A DNA stretch of 60,890 nucleotides, the filler included, from Asterionella formosa (Eukaryota), in NCBI GenBank assembly GCA_002256025.1. It is 5 parts of 5 records of this genome, joined end to end, with 100 filler letters (N's around TTAATTAATTAA, not from the genome) between each part and the next. Parts side by side here need not be neighbours in the genome. Positions count along the whole stretch, not along the records: positions 36,634 to 48,712 come from NKIB01007877.1; positions 48,813 to 60,890 come from NKIB01007880.1; 3 more parts are not named here. One strand, written 5' to 3'. This document shows, piece after piece, positions 39,753 to 52,031 of this stretch. A program made the position numbers and the translations under genes. The first letter of the stretch is position 1. The number at the start of each line of letters is the position of its first letter. The notes under the pieces are model-generated. The model had not been told where the DNA came from, searched no databases, and saw only the letters and a program-made list of their open reading frames with translations.

Positions 39753-40985
39753 ATGAAGTGCTCCCTTTTTCTCGTCACCACTCTCATCGCCGTTACCACT
39801 TCGGTTGTCGCTGCTGAGAAGAAGGCGCCCTTAACTATTGAGGTGTTGGTCACTGTTGACAACCACTTCGCTCGTGACTTCAATCCTGCAGAGGAACGCC
39901 TCTTGGACAAGTGCATGACTTCTACCTTCAACGAGATCCATGGTAAAGCCAAAGTTACCATGAAGGGTGTGACAAATGATCCCGAGAATGCCTACTTTGC
40001 AAGCCTCTCTCACGTTTCCGAAACAATCGTCGAGACCAAGAAAGAGTGGCCAGCATTCAAGTGGTACACCAGCTACCGCTGGAAGACGGTGAATATTGCC
40101 GTGTGCACCACCTGCCCAACGGACTGTCCCACGGCAGAGCACCTTGGCGACGGCTTAGCTGCAACGTCTTGGGTGTGCCAGAACCCTGAGAAGGCAACGA
40201 TGCTTTCTGATGCCCAGCGCTTCCGCCTTCATGAAGCTGAGCGACACCTCGAATGGGAGGCTGGCATCTGCGACTGCCTCACCCAAAGTGACATGAATTC
40301 GTTAAATGGTGCCGATAAATGCAAAGTCACGTTTTCTCCTGTCGAAGATTTCAGCAGCCTTGAAGTGGATCCTCTGCCTGATCAAAAGGAAGATGTGAAC
40401 GAGAATGGCGAGGACGATGACTCGTCAGATGGCTTCTTGCATGTACTTCACGAATCCGTGGTCATGATTAACACAAGACATGGCAAAGATATCACGCCTG
40501 AAGAAAATGCCTTCTTGGCACGATGCATGATGGACACATTCAATGCCCTTCCGTTGAATTCTGATAACAAAATGGAAGAAGCTGTTGTCGAGAACAACAA
40601 ACTGAGTTTCCTCAGCGATTTCGTTGCTCCGTCGCCTTTCACTTTTACTCCAATCAAGTTGCAGTTTAAATATGCTAGTTTTTTCTGGTTGAAAACGCAT
40701 GTCAGTTCTTGCGGAAAATTTTGCTATGATGGGGGTTGCCCCGCTACGGCCGCACAGTGGATGTGTTTGAGCCCAACGAAGGTTCAGTTACTTTCCGATG
40801 CCGAGTACGTACACTACATTCTTCGTAATAACCACAACCAATGGGAGCAAGACATGTGCAGCTGCCTTATTGAAGGAAATATGGATGGCTTCCAAGGAAT
40901 GCAGAACTGCAAGATCACATTTCCCCCTGCTGCAGAAAGGGCTCTTGTACAACCTAGTCTTCGCGGCTCCACCATGGCCGAGTAA
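39753..40985 (+). CDS. Secreted cysteine-rich protein with two tandem homologous domains
   Basis: Signal peptide MKCSLFLVTTLIAVTTSVVA; repeated CMxxTFN...WxC...LSDA...HxxWE...CxCL...CK(V/I)TFxP. Confidence 0.85.
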   Translation: MKCSLFLVTTLIAVTTSVVAAEKKAPLTIEVLVTVDNHFARDFNPAEERLLDKCMTSTFNEIHGKAKVTMKGVTNDPENAYFASLSHVSETIVETKKEWPAFKWYTSYRWKTVNIAVCTTCPTDCPTAEHLGDGLAATSWVCQNPEKATMLSDAQRFRLHEAERHLEWEAGICDCLTQSDMNSLNGADKCKVTFSPVEDFSSLEVDPLPDQKEDVNENGEDDDSSDGFLHVLHESVVMINTRHGKDITPEENAFLARCMMDTFNALPLNSDNKMEEAVVENNKLSFLSDFVAPSPFTFTPIKLQFKYASFFWLKTHVSSCGKFCYDGGCPATAAQWMCLSPTKVQLLSDAEYVHYILRNNHNQWEQDMCSCLIEGNMDGFQGMQNCKITFPPAAERALVQPSLRGSTMAE

Positions 40986-41440
40986 TCGAGTCTTCATCTG
41001 GGTTGCTTAAGTTTGTGAGCTTGACGACACTGTTGTTTTGAGCTATCCGACACTTTCTACCCACTTACATAGCATGAATCTTCACCTTCTGTTGCGGGGT
41101 CAGGATTTGCGACATTTACAAATAACATCCAAATTTATAAATGATTGAATAGAAATCCATACTGTCGCCAGCTTACATACTATAGAAATCTGAAACAACC
41201 ATGAGCCGTCGATGACGTGGTACAAGTTGTAGTAAAATGGAGACAAGAACGCAATAGAAGTCGTTGATGGCTCGGCAGAATTGAATATTTTGGTGTTTTT
41301 GCATAATACTGATGCAATTCCCACATGTGTATTCATTGACTTGTTCTTTGGAAAAGCGCAGAATTGCTATCAGCAAAAGATGGGATAGCAAAAAAAACCG
41401 ATATAAGACCTTCCAACATTAGTGTACAAAAATCAATGTA

Positions 41441-44400
41441 CTAAACGACCTCGAAAGTTAAAAAAGGTCGACTGCATACATCTGTTGTAACGTTCTCGTC
41501 GCAACTACAGCATGCATCTGGTGTGCATAGAACAGCATCACACGGGACATACAGAGACGTGGTGCCATTTTGAGATGAACAAACCTGTGTGGAAATTCTT
41601 CCGTTTATCTTCGTGAAACGAATATCCAAACAAACTTACGAAACGAAACGAAACCGTGTTAGAATAATAAAGCGATCATAAGCTATATATAACTGAAATA
41701 GCGAGGGAAGACAACATACCAATTGGTCCTGTCTCTCCGAAGCCGGAAGGGAGCATGCCTGTCAAATTATTCTGGCCCAGATTCACTGATTCTACAAAAG
41801 CACAAAAACAATTTAATTAGGGCATGGGGAAAATGAATATATTTGGGAACTGCCATACAAATATGACATACTTAGAGGAAGCTTCGTCAAGACATTGGGA
41901 ATTGATCCAGTCAGCTTGTTTGTCCCAATGTTCAAAAAGGCTTTGCTTTGTGTGTCAGTGAAAGGAATAGTGTGGGAGAGGCAATAAAACAAATATAACT
42001 TACTGAGGGAAGTCAACGATCCGAACGAATTTGGAATTGATCCAGTTAATCCGTTCCCTTGAGCCGAAAAGCTCTCTTTGTCGTAAAATGACAACATCAT
42101 GGTAAGTTTTTTCAAGGGATAGAAACAGAGATCATATCTTCATGATAACTTACCAAGATTTGTCAGTTTCCCCATGAGAGACGGTATAGACCCAACAAAA
42201 ACGTTAAAATCTAATTTGACCTCGGACAGTGTTGTTATTGTGACCAAAAAGGTAGGAATTGAGCCAGTCAGACCACAACTACCATCGTGATCGCAGGAAA
42301 ACGAAATTTTTCGGAGTTTGGTCAAGTCGGATACGGTTGACGGAATTGGTCCAACCCAAGCATTGTTCGACAAAACTAGGCTCATGAGTTCCATGAGATT
42401 TCCCAATGTAGAGGGGAGGGTACCCGATATCTGATTGCCCGAAAGGTCAAGGTATTTGATAGCCTTGAGATTGCCGACTTCTGTTGATAATGCACCTTTG
42501 AATTTATTGAATCCAAGGTTGAGGTAAAGTAGATTACTCAATTCGTACATTTCTCTTGGTAATACTCCAGTGATGCCCGTATTGGTTAACGCAAAATGTG
42601 ATAGACTAGTGAGACCTCCAATGTCTTGCGGAAGAGATCCAATCAACCCTTGTGATCCACCATAACCGATTGCGAGATCAAGATGTTTGAGATTTTTCAG
42701 TGTGAAGAGCTCGATCGGTAGAATGCCGGTGAATTTATGCGGGGACAAAACAAGAAACTCGAGATTTTGAAGCATTTCAATCTTTGTCGGAATGGACTTT
42801 TGAAGATATGATTTCGTTAAGTCCAGGCTCACTAAGCCTGTCAACTCGAAAAGACTCAGAGGCAAGCCATTTCCTTGCTTCAGGTTATTGTCAGTCAAGT
42901 TCAGGCTGGTGATTGTGTCGTTAGTGCAGGATACTCCGAACCATGTGCACTCATCGTTGAGCGACAGCCAACGATCTCGGTGATTCCAAATGTCGGGCGT
43001 GGCCCCTGTCCAATCGACGAATAAGGAAACCAGAATAAAACGATTGTATCTTTTCTGTTCATCCCAATCAGTGTACAATGTATCGTTTGCCAACCACCAG
43101 AGGGCCACATTTTCCGCAAGGCAGCTGTTTACATCGTCGGGAACATCAAATAAATCAGTATACTTTAGGGAAAAATAGTTACCAGAAACCTTGGCTGTTT
43201 GATTAGAGGTGATGGATGAACCACATGCGCAGTCAATAATGACTTGAGGGAAATTTGTTGCAACATATGGGCAATTAGGGCTAGCCGATGGTTCCTGGGA
43301 AGGTTGTGTAGGGCTTGGGAATCCAGTCACGACAAGGGTGCTATCGCCGCTTCCGGCTGATAAAGGCACACCCACGCCTATACCGACGCCAATACAAGCC
43401 AAAAGAACAACGCCGACAAAATATAGTTTTTTCCTATATTGAGGATGCGTATTTTCATGAGTGCCCAATTCCCTATCGCTTAGGCCATCGTCAACATCAA
43501 GGGGTAGATTGCCATCACTTGGCTGGTCGATGCCTCTCATCTCTGGAGGTAGGTGTTCTTGATCGTCACTGCCAATCCTTTGACGAGATGAGATATTTTG
43601 AGAACTTTCCCAGACTCTTTGACGGTTGTCACCGACATTTGGCATATTACCACGGAAGCTTCCATTTGTGCTCGCACCACGTATGCTACGGGGATTTTCA
43701 TCGGGGCCAATATTTCGCAAACTGCCACGGATATTCTGACCCATTTCACGCATTCTCCTACCCCACGCAGGTAGAGCTCCAATAGGCCTTCCCTGCACTG
43801 AGTATGCACCAGGTTGAACACCCATGGGTAGGCTTCCTCTTCGTTCTTTTAATGCCCTTCGCGGTGCGAGTGGACCATCAATCCCTGGTCCAGGCAAGCC
43901 TGCAGGCATGGAAGCCGATAACGGTACATTATTTGGCTGATGCATTGCATGCTGAGAGGATTTTGGGCGAGCTACAGAAACGATGGGTGCTGAAAATCGG
44001 AAGCTTTCGGTATTTGTTGTTTCCTCAGAGTCTGATGTCATTTCCAACAAGGCAGGAGTCCTGCTCCTTGAAGACGAAGGTTGAAGACCTTCATCGTGAC
44101 GACGATTTTGACCTTTTTTCTCCATCGCAGTTGACGCGCCCACAAAGTTTCTCAGACTTGAAGAAATTTGAGCTGGAACAGGTCCTGAATGTGTCGGTCC
44201 GAGGTTGCCGTACTCGGCAACCATCTTTCGTTGCGATCTGGCTGCCAAGGAATTGTCTCGCCCTTGCGATTCTGAAGGTTGGCACTTCATTGATGGAGCA
44301 GGAGCAGGACCTGAATGCATCGGTCCAGTATCTCCATACTCCGCAGCCATGTTTCGCTGCAATCTGGCTGCCAAAGAATTGTCGCGCTGCTGTAGGTCTG

Positions 44401-45097
44401 AAGGTCGGCGATTCATTGCAGAAACTGGCGCAGGTCCCGCATGGGTCGGGCCGCTGTCGCCATAGTCGGCCATCATTTTTCGCTGCAGTCTGACTTCTAG
44501 CGAGTTGTCTCTCTGTTGATGCTGTGAAAATTTCCGCGTCATCTCTGTAATTGGAACAAGTTCCGAATGTGTCGGGCCGCTGGCCCCAAATTCTGCAGCC
44601 ATTTTTCGCTGCAATCTCGCTTCCAGCGAGTTGCCTCTCAGTTGATGATCTAATGACTGCGGCATCACTGGTCGGTGACTTTCATCTTCTTCTATTTTAA
44701 ATTTGTGAGCCATGCGAAACGAGAAAGCCGGAGTGACACGCTGTCGAGGGGCTGGATCAGCATGGCTCTCCACATTGGTTCGAGGCATGTCGCGATGTAA
44801 TGATGGCGGCCGCGCTACTCCAGATTGTTCATTATCGAAGGGGCTCATGTTACTCTGTGGAAGAGCTTCAACATAGGTATCTGACTGATGTGCTAGTGGT
44901 GATAAGTCATTTTCCGACTTTGAGAAGGCCATGTTGTTGTTGCATGTGGTATTTCCTGAGTTCATTCTCCGCGATTGACTTGACTTCCTTTTCTTTTTCT
45001 TCTTCTCGCTACTCTTCTTTTTCTTCGACAACTCCTCTCCTCGTTGATCCGTAGGGTATTTCTTTGCATCTTCGCTGAACCCTGTACTCATGTTCAT
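41441..45097 (-). CDS. Type II membrane LRR receptor-like protein; exons 45097-42154, 42075-42004, 41940-41872, 41791-41720, 41634-41441
   Basis: Disordered N-terminus, TM LYFVGVVLLACIGVGIGVGV, LRRNT-like WLSLNDECTWFGVSC, plant-type LxLxxNxLxGxIP repeats, Cys-rich C-terminal cap; four phase-1 GT-AG introns. Confidence 0.9.
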
Positions 45098-47106
45098 GGT
45101 CTCAATGGTGGTTAATTGTTATGTTGAGTGATGTTGAGTTCTTCATCCGACCATCAAAATGACCGACTTGAACTACTGGTATACCGGTTTCGCTATAAAT
45201 ATTCTGAGATAGTTATATTCCGCCGGCCGGTAGTAAATTAAATTTGTGGTGTTACCAGGGAACCATGCGGTAATACAATCCTGTATCGTTGTATTAACAG
45301 GAGGACAACGCGAGCATGGTTATACTCTCTGATATGTACTGATTTGTCCAACGGTACAAGATATATGTCCTCAGTTACCATACTTAGTACATATGAGTTT
45401 GTATGAGAACATATGCCGGTAAGATAATACCAACAACCTGTTGTCTTACATAGGATATATCCAAACATTTGGTACTGCTACTTGCAAGTTGCGGTCATTT
45501 TGCTTAAATAAACAATTTAATATGGGAGAAAGATACCTAAACTTTTAGTTTCAGCACAATTAACGTAACTTGCTGGTACCAGGTACTACCAGGCAAATGT
45601 GACTGGCATCTTATCGTTTAGGAACCACGATTTGTATAGGCATTGAGACCTATCGCACTGTACATCTGCTGTTCCTGTGTCTCATATCCCACTCTTGTAC
45701 CAGGTCCTAGTACGGTAGATGGAATCGAACCTGCTACCTCAGAAGGTGAGCTAAAAAATGACGCTTTTCCCCTTCACAAAGTACATGATGTACTATAATA
45801 TGACACACCTGTTTGTGCGAGAGGAACATCCAGAAAAAGTAGGTTTCTACTCTGGGAAACATAAAGCTGCCTAAATATGTTTTCCCCAAGATCCATTGCA
45901 TCAATGTACTGGTAGGACAGTTCCTCTTGTTGACTGTAGGCAGGTTTGAAGGCTGCAAATACATTATCCTTCACAACTTCTTGTACAAATTCTTCTCAGT
46001 ACTTTGGTCCCATGCATGCATTCAGATGATTGGGTCCTCTGCCCTTCTTGATGCTCATGTACCAGCAAACTAGAAAACTGCTTTGGCCAAAATTCAAAGA
46101 TGCATCATTAAAAAATAGCCTTTGCATAGCTAGCATAATATATACATATATTTCTACCTTCAAGTAGCCATTCATTGTCAAGCCAAAGAAAAAAATTCAA
46201 GGGTCCTAGTGCGACTTCACAACCTCCACAATATTTCGAGTTCTTTATTAATAGCATACAAAAGAATTTCGCCTTTGATCTGAAGTTGTGTGGTTTGATT
46301 GCCGCAATTTTTTAAAAAGCAATTGTTGGGTTCGACTCCCACACTCCTTACCATCCTGCATGGTCTTGCCTGGTGTTCAAGAAATAGTGGGTTTGCCGCC
46401 CTACAAGCAGCTTGTGCCGCCTTGCTTCCTAGGCAGTCGAAGTTCCCCAAAAGCTGCAGCAAAGACAATCACCTTTCATGAAAGGTGGTTGGGGACTCAC
46501 CTATGCTAACAAAACTAGGGAAGCACAGGTCTTGTCAGCAGACAGCACAATGAACACTTGCCTTGAAAAATTGAAAAAGGGGTGTAGGAATGGGCTGTAA
46601 AACAGATATCATTTTTTTAGTTTAAGGAGGCAGAAAGGACTCCTGTAGTACAGTAGCCTGCTACATTAAGATGGATGCATAGCTACGGTATGTAAACAAA
46701 CGGTATACCGGTATTCTCGAGACAACTGTTACTTTATACCGGTAGTATGAATGTGAACTACGGGAAACATATTGTACATACGAAATTCAATTGAACAATA
46801 AATATGATGCTGTACCGGAAGGCCAAATATATACTACCGGGTATATACTACTGTACTCTGTAAGTTGTATGCAAGGCATTTCCCGGTAATACTGTTACCA
46901 GATAACATACCTGTTACAAGTATAATAGTTAGGCAGATATACCGTTATCCGGTATCTGTACAGCCACAAAATTATTACATATTTCGGAAGACACAAAAGG
47001 ATCCAACGTATTACCGAACACAGGAACCGTACGTAATCAGCAGCCACATTGGACAATCCACCTTCCTCAGCAGGCACTTGTCGTCGGGACACTGTGACTT
47101 TTCACC

Positions 47107-48712
47107 ATGTTGGGCAAACCTGGATCTGGTGGTGCCCGCCCCAACCGGCCTGTTCGTCGCAAGACGCAAGAGTCCACCGAAGATCTAATTCGCCAGCATG
47201 GGCGAGTTCCGGCCAACAAGAAGTGTGCGGATTGCTCTACCAAAATGCCGCAATGCGTGAATACGACGGTGGGCACGTATATTTGTCTGACCTGCTCTGG
47301 CATTCATCGTGAACTCAACATGCGTGTCAAGGGAATTGCCGCGTCCAGTTTCACTATTGAAGAAGTCGAGCGTATGCAATCCACAGACAATGACAAGGTC
47401 AACGCTGTCTTTCTGGCAAAGTACAACCCAGCGGTAGATCGGCTGACCCCGCCGGTGGACAATCGTGATGAGGCGTATTTGCGGCAATGGCTTCGTCGCA
47501 AGTATCAGGAAAAGGCTTGGTACCAACCAGAGTCTCAGCAACCGACGATTGCTGCAATCCCCTCCAAGAGCCAGCCCACTGCGCCTCCAGCGGACCTCTT
47601 GGGCTTTGCGGCCGACGCAACTGCGCCGGTCGCAAACAATTGGGATGCCTTTGGTGGAAGTTCTCAGAATGCACCGGCTGCATTTCCAGCCAACTTTGGG
47701 TCGACTTCCTCATCGAACGGGAACGCATTCCCTGCTGATTTTGGTTCCACTCAAAATGCGGATTTCGCCAATTTTGGTCAACGGCAGCAACAAGCCCCTG
47801 TTACTCAGCAGCAAAATAATTTTGCCAACTTTGGGCAACCGCAGGCACCGCCACAACAACAGCAATTTGCTAACTTTGGAGACCAACCTCCACAGCCACC
47901 TCCGCCACAGCAGCAGCAATTTGCTAACTTCTCAGGTCATCCCCAGGTAACTACGGCTCCTCAGCAAGCACCGCCACAGCAGCAGCAATTTGCTAACTTT
48001 GGAGACCAACAGCCCCAGGCACTTGCACCTCCTCAGCAAGCTCCGACACAGCAGCAGCAATTAGCAAACTTTGGTCAACAAAATCCGCCACAGCAACAGC
48101 AATTCGCTAACTTTGGAGGTCAACAACCCCAGGCTCCTACACCTCCTCAACTAGCTCCACCACAGCAGCAGCAATTTGCTAACTTTGGAGGCCAACAGCC
48201 CCTGGCCCCTATCCCTCCTCAACAAGCTCCGCCACAACAGCAGCAATTTGTTAACTTTGGAGGTCAACCCCAGGGAATTGCGGTTCCTCAACAAGCTCCG
48301 CTACAGCCCCAGCAATATCCTAACTTTGGAGGTCAGCAAACCCAACCTCCTGCACCTGGCAGGCAGCAATTTGCTAACTTTGGAGGCCACCAGCCCCAGG
48401 CACTTGCACTTCCTCATCAAGTGCCACCACAGCAGCAGCAATTTGCTAACTTTGCAGGTCAGGCCCAGGTAACTGCGCCTTCTCATCAAGTACCTCCACA
48501 GCAACAACAATTTGCTAACTTTGCAGGTCAGCCGGTTCATTCTCAGCAAGTCACACCTCCCCATCAGCAGCAGCAACAACAACAACAACAATTTGGAAAC
48601 TTTGCTCCACCACTGGCTCCACCGCCTCCTCCACCGCAACAGCAGTATGGAGAACAGTCCGGAACAGGTCAGTCAATGTCTCCTGCTCCGACCCCACAAA
48701 TGCAACCTCAAC
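47107..48712 (+). CDS. ArfGAP (AGFG-like) with Q/P-rich FANFG repeats, 3' truncated by contig end
   Basis: NKKCADC-x16-CLTCSGIHR zinc finger, RVKGI, RRKYQEKAW. Confidence 0.92.
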
Positions 48713-48812
48713 NNNNNNNNNNNNNNNNNNNNNNNNNNNNNNNNNNNNNNNNNNNNTTAATTAATTAANNNNNNNNNNNNNNNNNNNNNNNNNNNNNNNN
48801 NNNNNNNNNNNN
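48713..48812. other. Artificial contig linker
   Basis: N44-TTAATTAATTAA-N44. Confidence 0.98.
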
Positions 48813-50583
48813 CTCGTTTCATCACGTTTACAAATCAAAAATCCGTTGTTGTTTCTGATCGTCATCTTATCATCGTCAAACATAACTTTATTTCCCTTGT
48901 CAATAATTCTCGAAATACTGATAATGTTCTGCTTGAACTCCGGTGCATAGAGCACATTGGTGAGTTTCAACACTTTTCCTTTGTCTGTCGTCGTAAGGGT
49001 CACCGTGCCTGATACGGTCGCAACAATTGCTGCGCCGTTTCCCACAAGAACAGTTTCACGCACTGCGCGCTTGTCCTCCATGATGCGCTCATCATTGCAT
49101 ATATGTACCGTAGCGCCACTATCTAGTAGCCAACGGTCCTTATGCACGCACGTATAATTTACCTCTTCATTGTACCTTGCCTCAATACACGTCACCACGA
49201 ACATTCCTTGCGTAGTAGTGTTGGCGTCTTCTCCCTTCTGTTTGATTGGTGCATTTTTTTGATCGTTGCACTCACTGGCATAGTGCCCCATCTTCTGGCA
49301 ATTATAACACTTCACATTCTTTCTCTTATTTCGTTGCTCGGGAGTTAATTCTCTCTTTTCTGTAGTATTGCCCTTGCTTCGGCAATCAACTGCCTTGTGG
49401 CCATACTTGCCACACTTCCTGCAGTCTCCCTTAAACTTGCTTTTTGAAAAGAAGGCCTGCTCGCCATTCTTATTCGTCTTGGTTTCGTCACGCACATACA
49501 AATCGTAATAGTCGCTTACATTCTTCTTGACCTCTTGGATCGTGAGCTCGGAGCTCGCGAGACCAAATTTTCCAACCACCAAACTCTTGTAGACTTCCGG
49601 TAGGTTGTTGATAACGTGGGCCACATAGGCACCATCCGAAATTGCGGAGCTCGTATGGCTCAATCGTTCTCGAATTCTATCCAACTCCACAAACCAAATG
49701 TCGGGGTACTCATTCCCGTTAATCGTGCATTTTGTCCACTGACCTGACAAGGCAATCACATTTGCCATATTACTTGACTCGTACGTAGACACTAACTTGT
49801 CCCACGCTTCCTTCGCATTTCCATTGGGGAACTCTTCACTTCTGGCACCATTTACGTAGTATCCAAATGGTCCACTCTGACATGCCATAATCAAACTTGC
49901 ATAGGAAACCGTATTATTTCGTTTCACACGCTTCTCATCGTTGTCGCTCGGAACAATCTTCACTCCAGCAGCTGAATCTCTCTCACCTGGTGATACTTCA
50001 TCTCCATTTAGGATTCCTTCAAAACCTTTGTATCAGGCAGCATAGGCCACAAACTTCGCTTTCCAAACGTGCCACTTGGCATTGGTACCATCAAATGTTG
50101 GCAACCGCACTCCTGACGATTTGTCGTCAATTCCCATCTTGAGTAGCCTTTCAAACCAATCCGCTTTAAAGCGTGTTGAAATGGTCCATACTCCTTCCCG
50201 CGGGCTGGGTCTCTCTTCACATAGACTCTTACGTGATCGTAATACTACCTCGTACCACTTACTTTCTCTCTTGTCTCTGCTTCTAGCCTTCCTGCTAGAT
50301 AGACTAATTGGCCTTCCTGTCAATTAACACACTGTTTCTTCGGTTGATAATCTAAAACTCAAATTAAATTATAAGCTAAACTAAATGTTTCCTTTCCATG
50401 CATCTTTGCTTCCTGCAAAGTCGTTCTAGCTAAGACTCTCTTCGAGTTTCCACTTAACATTTCCATAGAAATCTTCAATCTTTGATCTCGTTAGACAGCT
50501 GATTGACATGGCAATGCAATATTCGACTCGTTCGATTACAATCGAGTCCACAATCCTTGTGACTCGGGCTAATATTCTTGACA
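48813..50583 (-). mobile_element. Ty1/copia LTR retrotransposon, 5' part (putative LTR, gag, protease), with in-frame stop at 50033-50035
   Basis: LPTFDG...WHVWKAKF, NNLPEVY, two CCHC knuckles, protease WLLDSGATVH, LTNVLYAPEFKQNIIS; putative LTR start TGTCAAGAATATT at 50583 on the minus strand. Confidence 0.92.
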
Positions 50584-51394
50584 CCTAGTACCCTTGCAAC
50601 AGTACCATGCATTACATATACTACCGGGTACCCGGTAGTGGTAAGAATTGATTGCAGTCTTGCGTGACACGAGCATTGTGGACTTTAGTCCAATGAGTCA
50701 AATGGAGCATTGACATGTGGTCAAGAAGCAAATTTGCTTGTTGCATAATTACCATCAGTACTCACGAAAAGACAAATGCAATGATTTTGCTGATGTAGTC
50801 AGTCATTCACATGAAAAATTGCTTCATTTATCATGCTTCCATCCATGTTTTCTCAATGACTTCACATGGCACTAACAGGTTGACAGGGTTTTCGGATTCT
50901 CCACAGATTCTGGATTCTGCTACTACCTAAATAGCTAATAGACCAGTACGGAGGTAAAGAAGTTCTGAACATGGCCATCATCATGCTTTCAGTGGGGCCC
51001 ATCCACTTGATTATGTCTCAATGAGCGAGAGAATGGCTTGCTTATCTACTACACCTTTCTTGGCAATATTGGCAATGAATTACCTTTCACTGTTGATTCA
51101 AGAATTAACAGGGGCCGGAAATGGGGACTGCTGCACTCCTATCTTGATTTAAAATTTTTCCCATTTCTGCAAATGGCACGCCATTTTGCCTTTGATGATC
51201 AAAAACAGGACCAAGAGAGCGCCTCTTCCTCTTCCTTCTCTCACATAACACATGAACGCATCCTGAAGGTGTTGAATAAATGATGTGTCAACACCAAACT
51301 AATGTATACTGATGATTGGTTCTTTCTACATGAAGATAGTAATGTATTTGTAGTATTATAATTATGTGTGCACTAATTAAGCCATAGATTTTAT

Positions 51395-51650
51395 GTTGCT
51401 GGCTCAAGCCATAATCTAGACCAATTGAAATGATTCTTTTGTTTGGCTACAGTTGGAGTCTATTTAACCAAATACCTGATATTGGTTCAGATAAGAGGGT
51501 CATAGTTTGCCAATAGAACCAAAGCAAATTTGGTCTTGGTTGATGCAGTGGCTAAAATATTTGCTTTTTGACCAACGTGATGCATCATCTTGTGTAATGA
51601 CCTACAACTTCAATGGGCATGGCTTTTGGTTGATGCGGTGCTGGAGGTCC
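51395..51650 (+). mobile_element. Diverged right-end fragment of the same PIF/Harbinger family as 57124-58760
   Basis: Co-linear similarity with about 58503-58760 (TTTGGCTAC, ACCAAATACCTGATAT, ACCAAAGCA.ATTTGGTCTTGGT, TGGTTGATGCGGTG). Confidence 0.75.
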
Positions 51651-52031
51651 TTTGAAATAAATTGTTTTGAGCCAGCCAATCCTCACGTAGAAAAATAGTA
51701 TCTTTTCTACGGAAGTTGACCTAATAATAAGCTGCTCGGTACTTGAGTCGGTAGTTACCAGGTACCGGTATTTTCCACCAGAGGGAGTACCAGGTAAGCT
51801 CCCTATACCTAGCAAGCAATTAAACCACGACGAGTTTGAACAGAACAATGATGATGAATTAAAACAACCTTTGAACAACGGCAGCCAACTTTGAACAATC
51901 CGCTGCGTGCATTTCGGAGCCACTTCTTTCACACACCAAAGTCTGCTTGGTCAGGTCAATAAATCCGGCAAGAATAGACGAAAACTCTTCTTCCTTCGTT
52001 TGAATTTCTCTTCGTAGAAAGGGCAAGTGCC

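Noticed and set aside
43315..44493. Long plus-strand ORFs opposite the LRR gene, and similar shadow ORFs opposite other genes
   Set aside because: Antisense shadows of real coding sequence with no independent evidence
47107..50583. Copia insertion into the ArfGAP gene
   Set aside because: The two are on different contigs separated by an artificial linker
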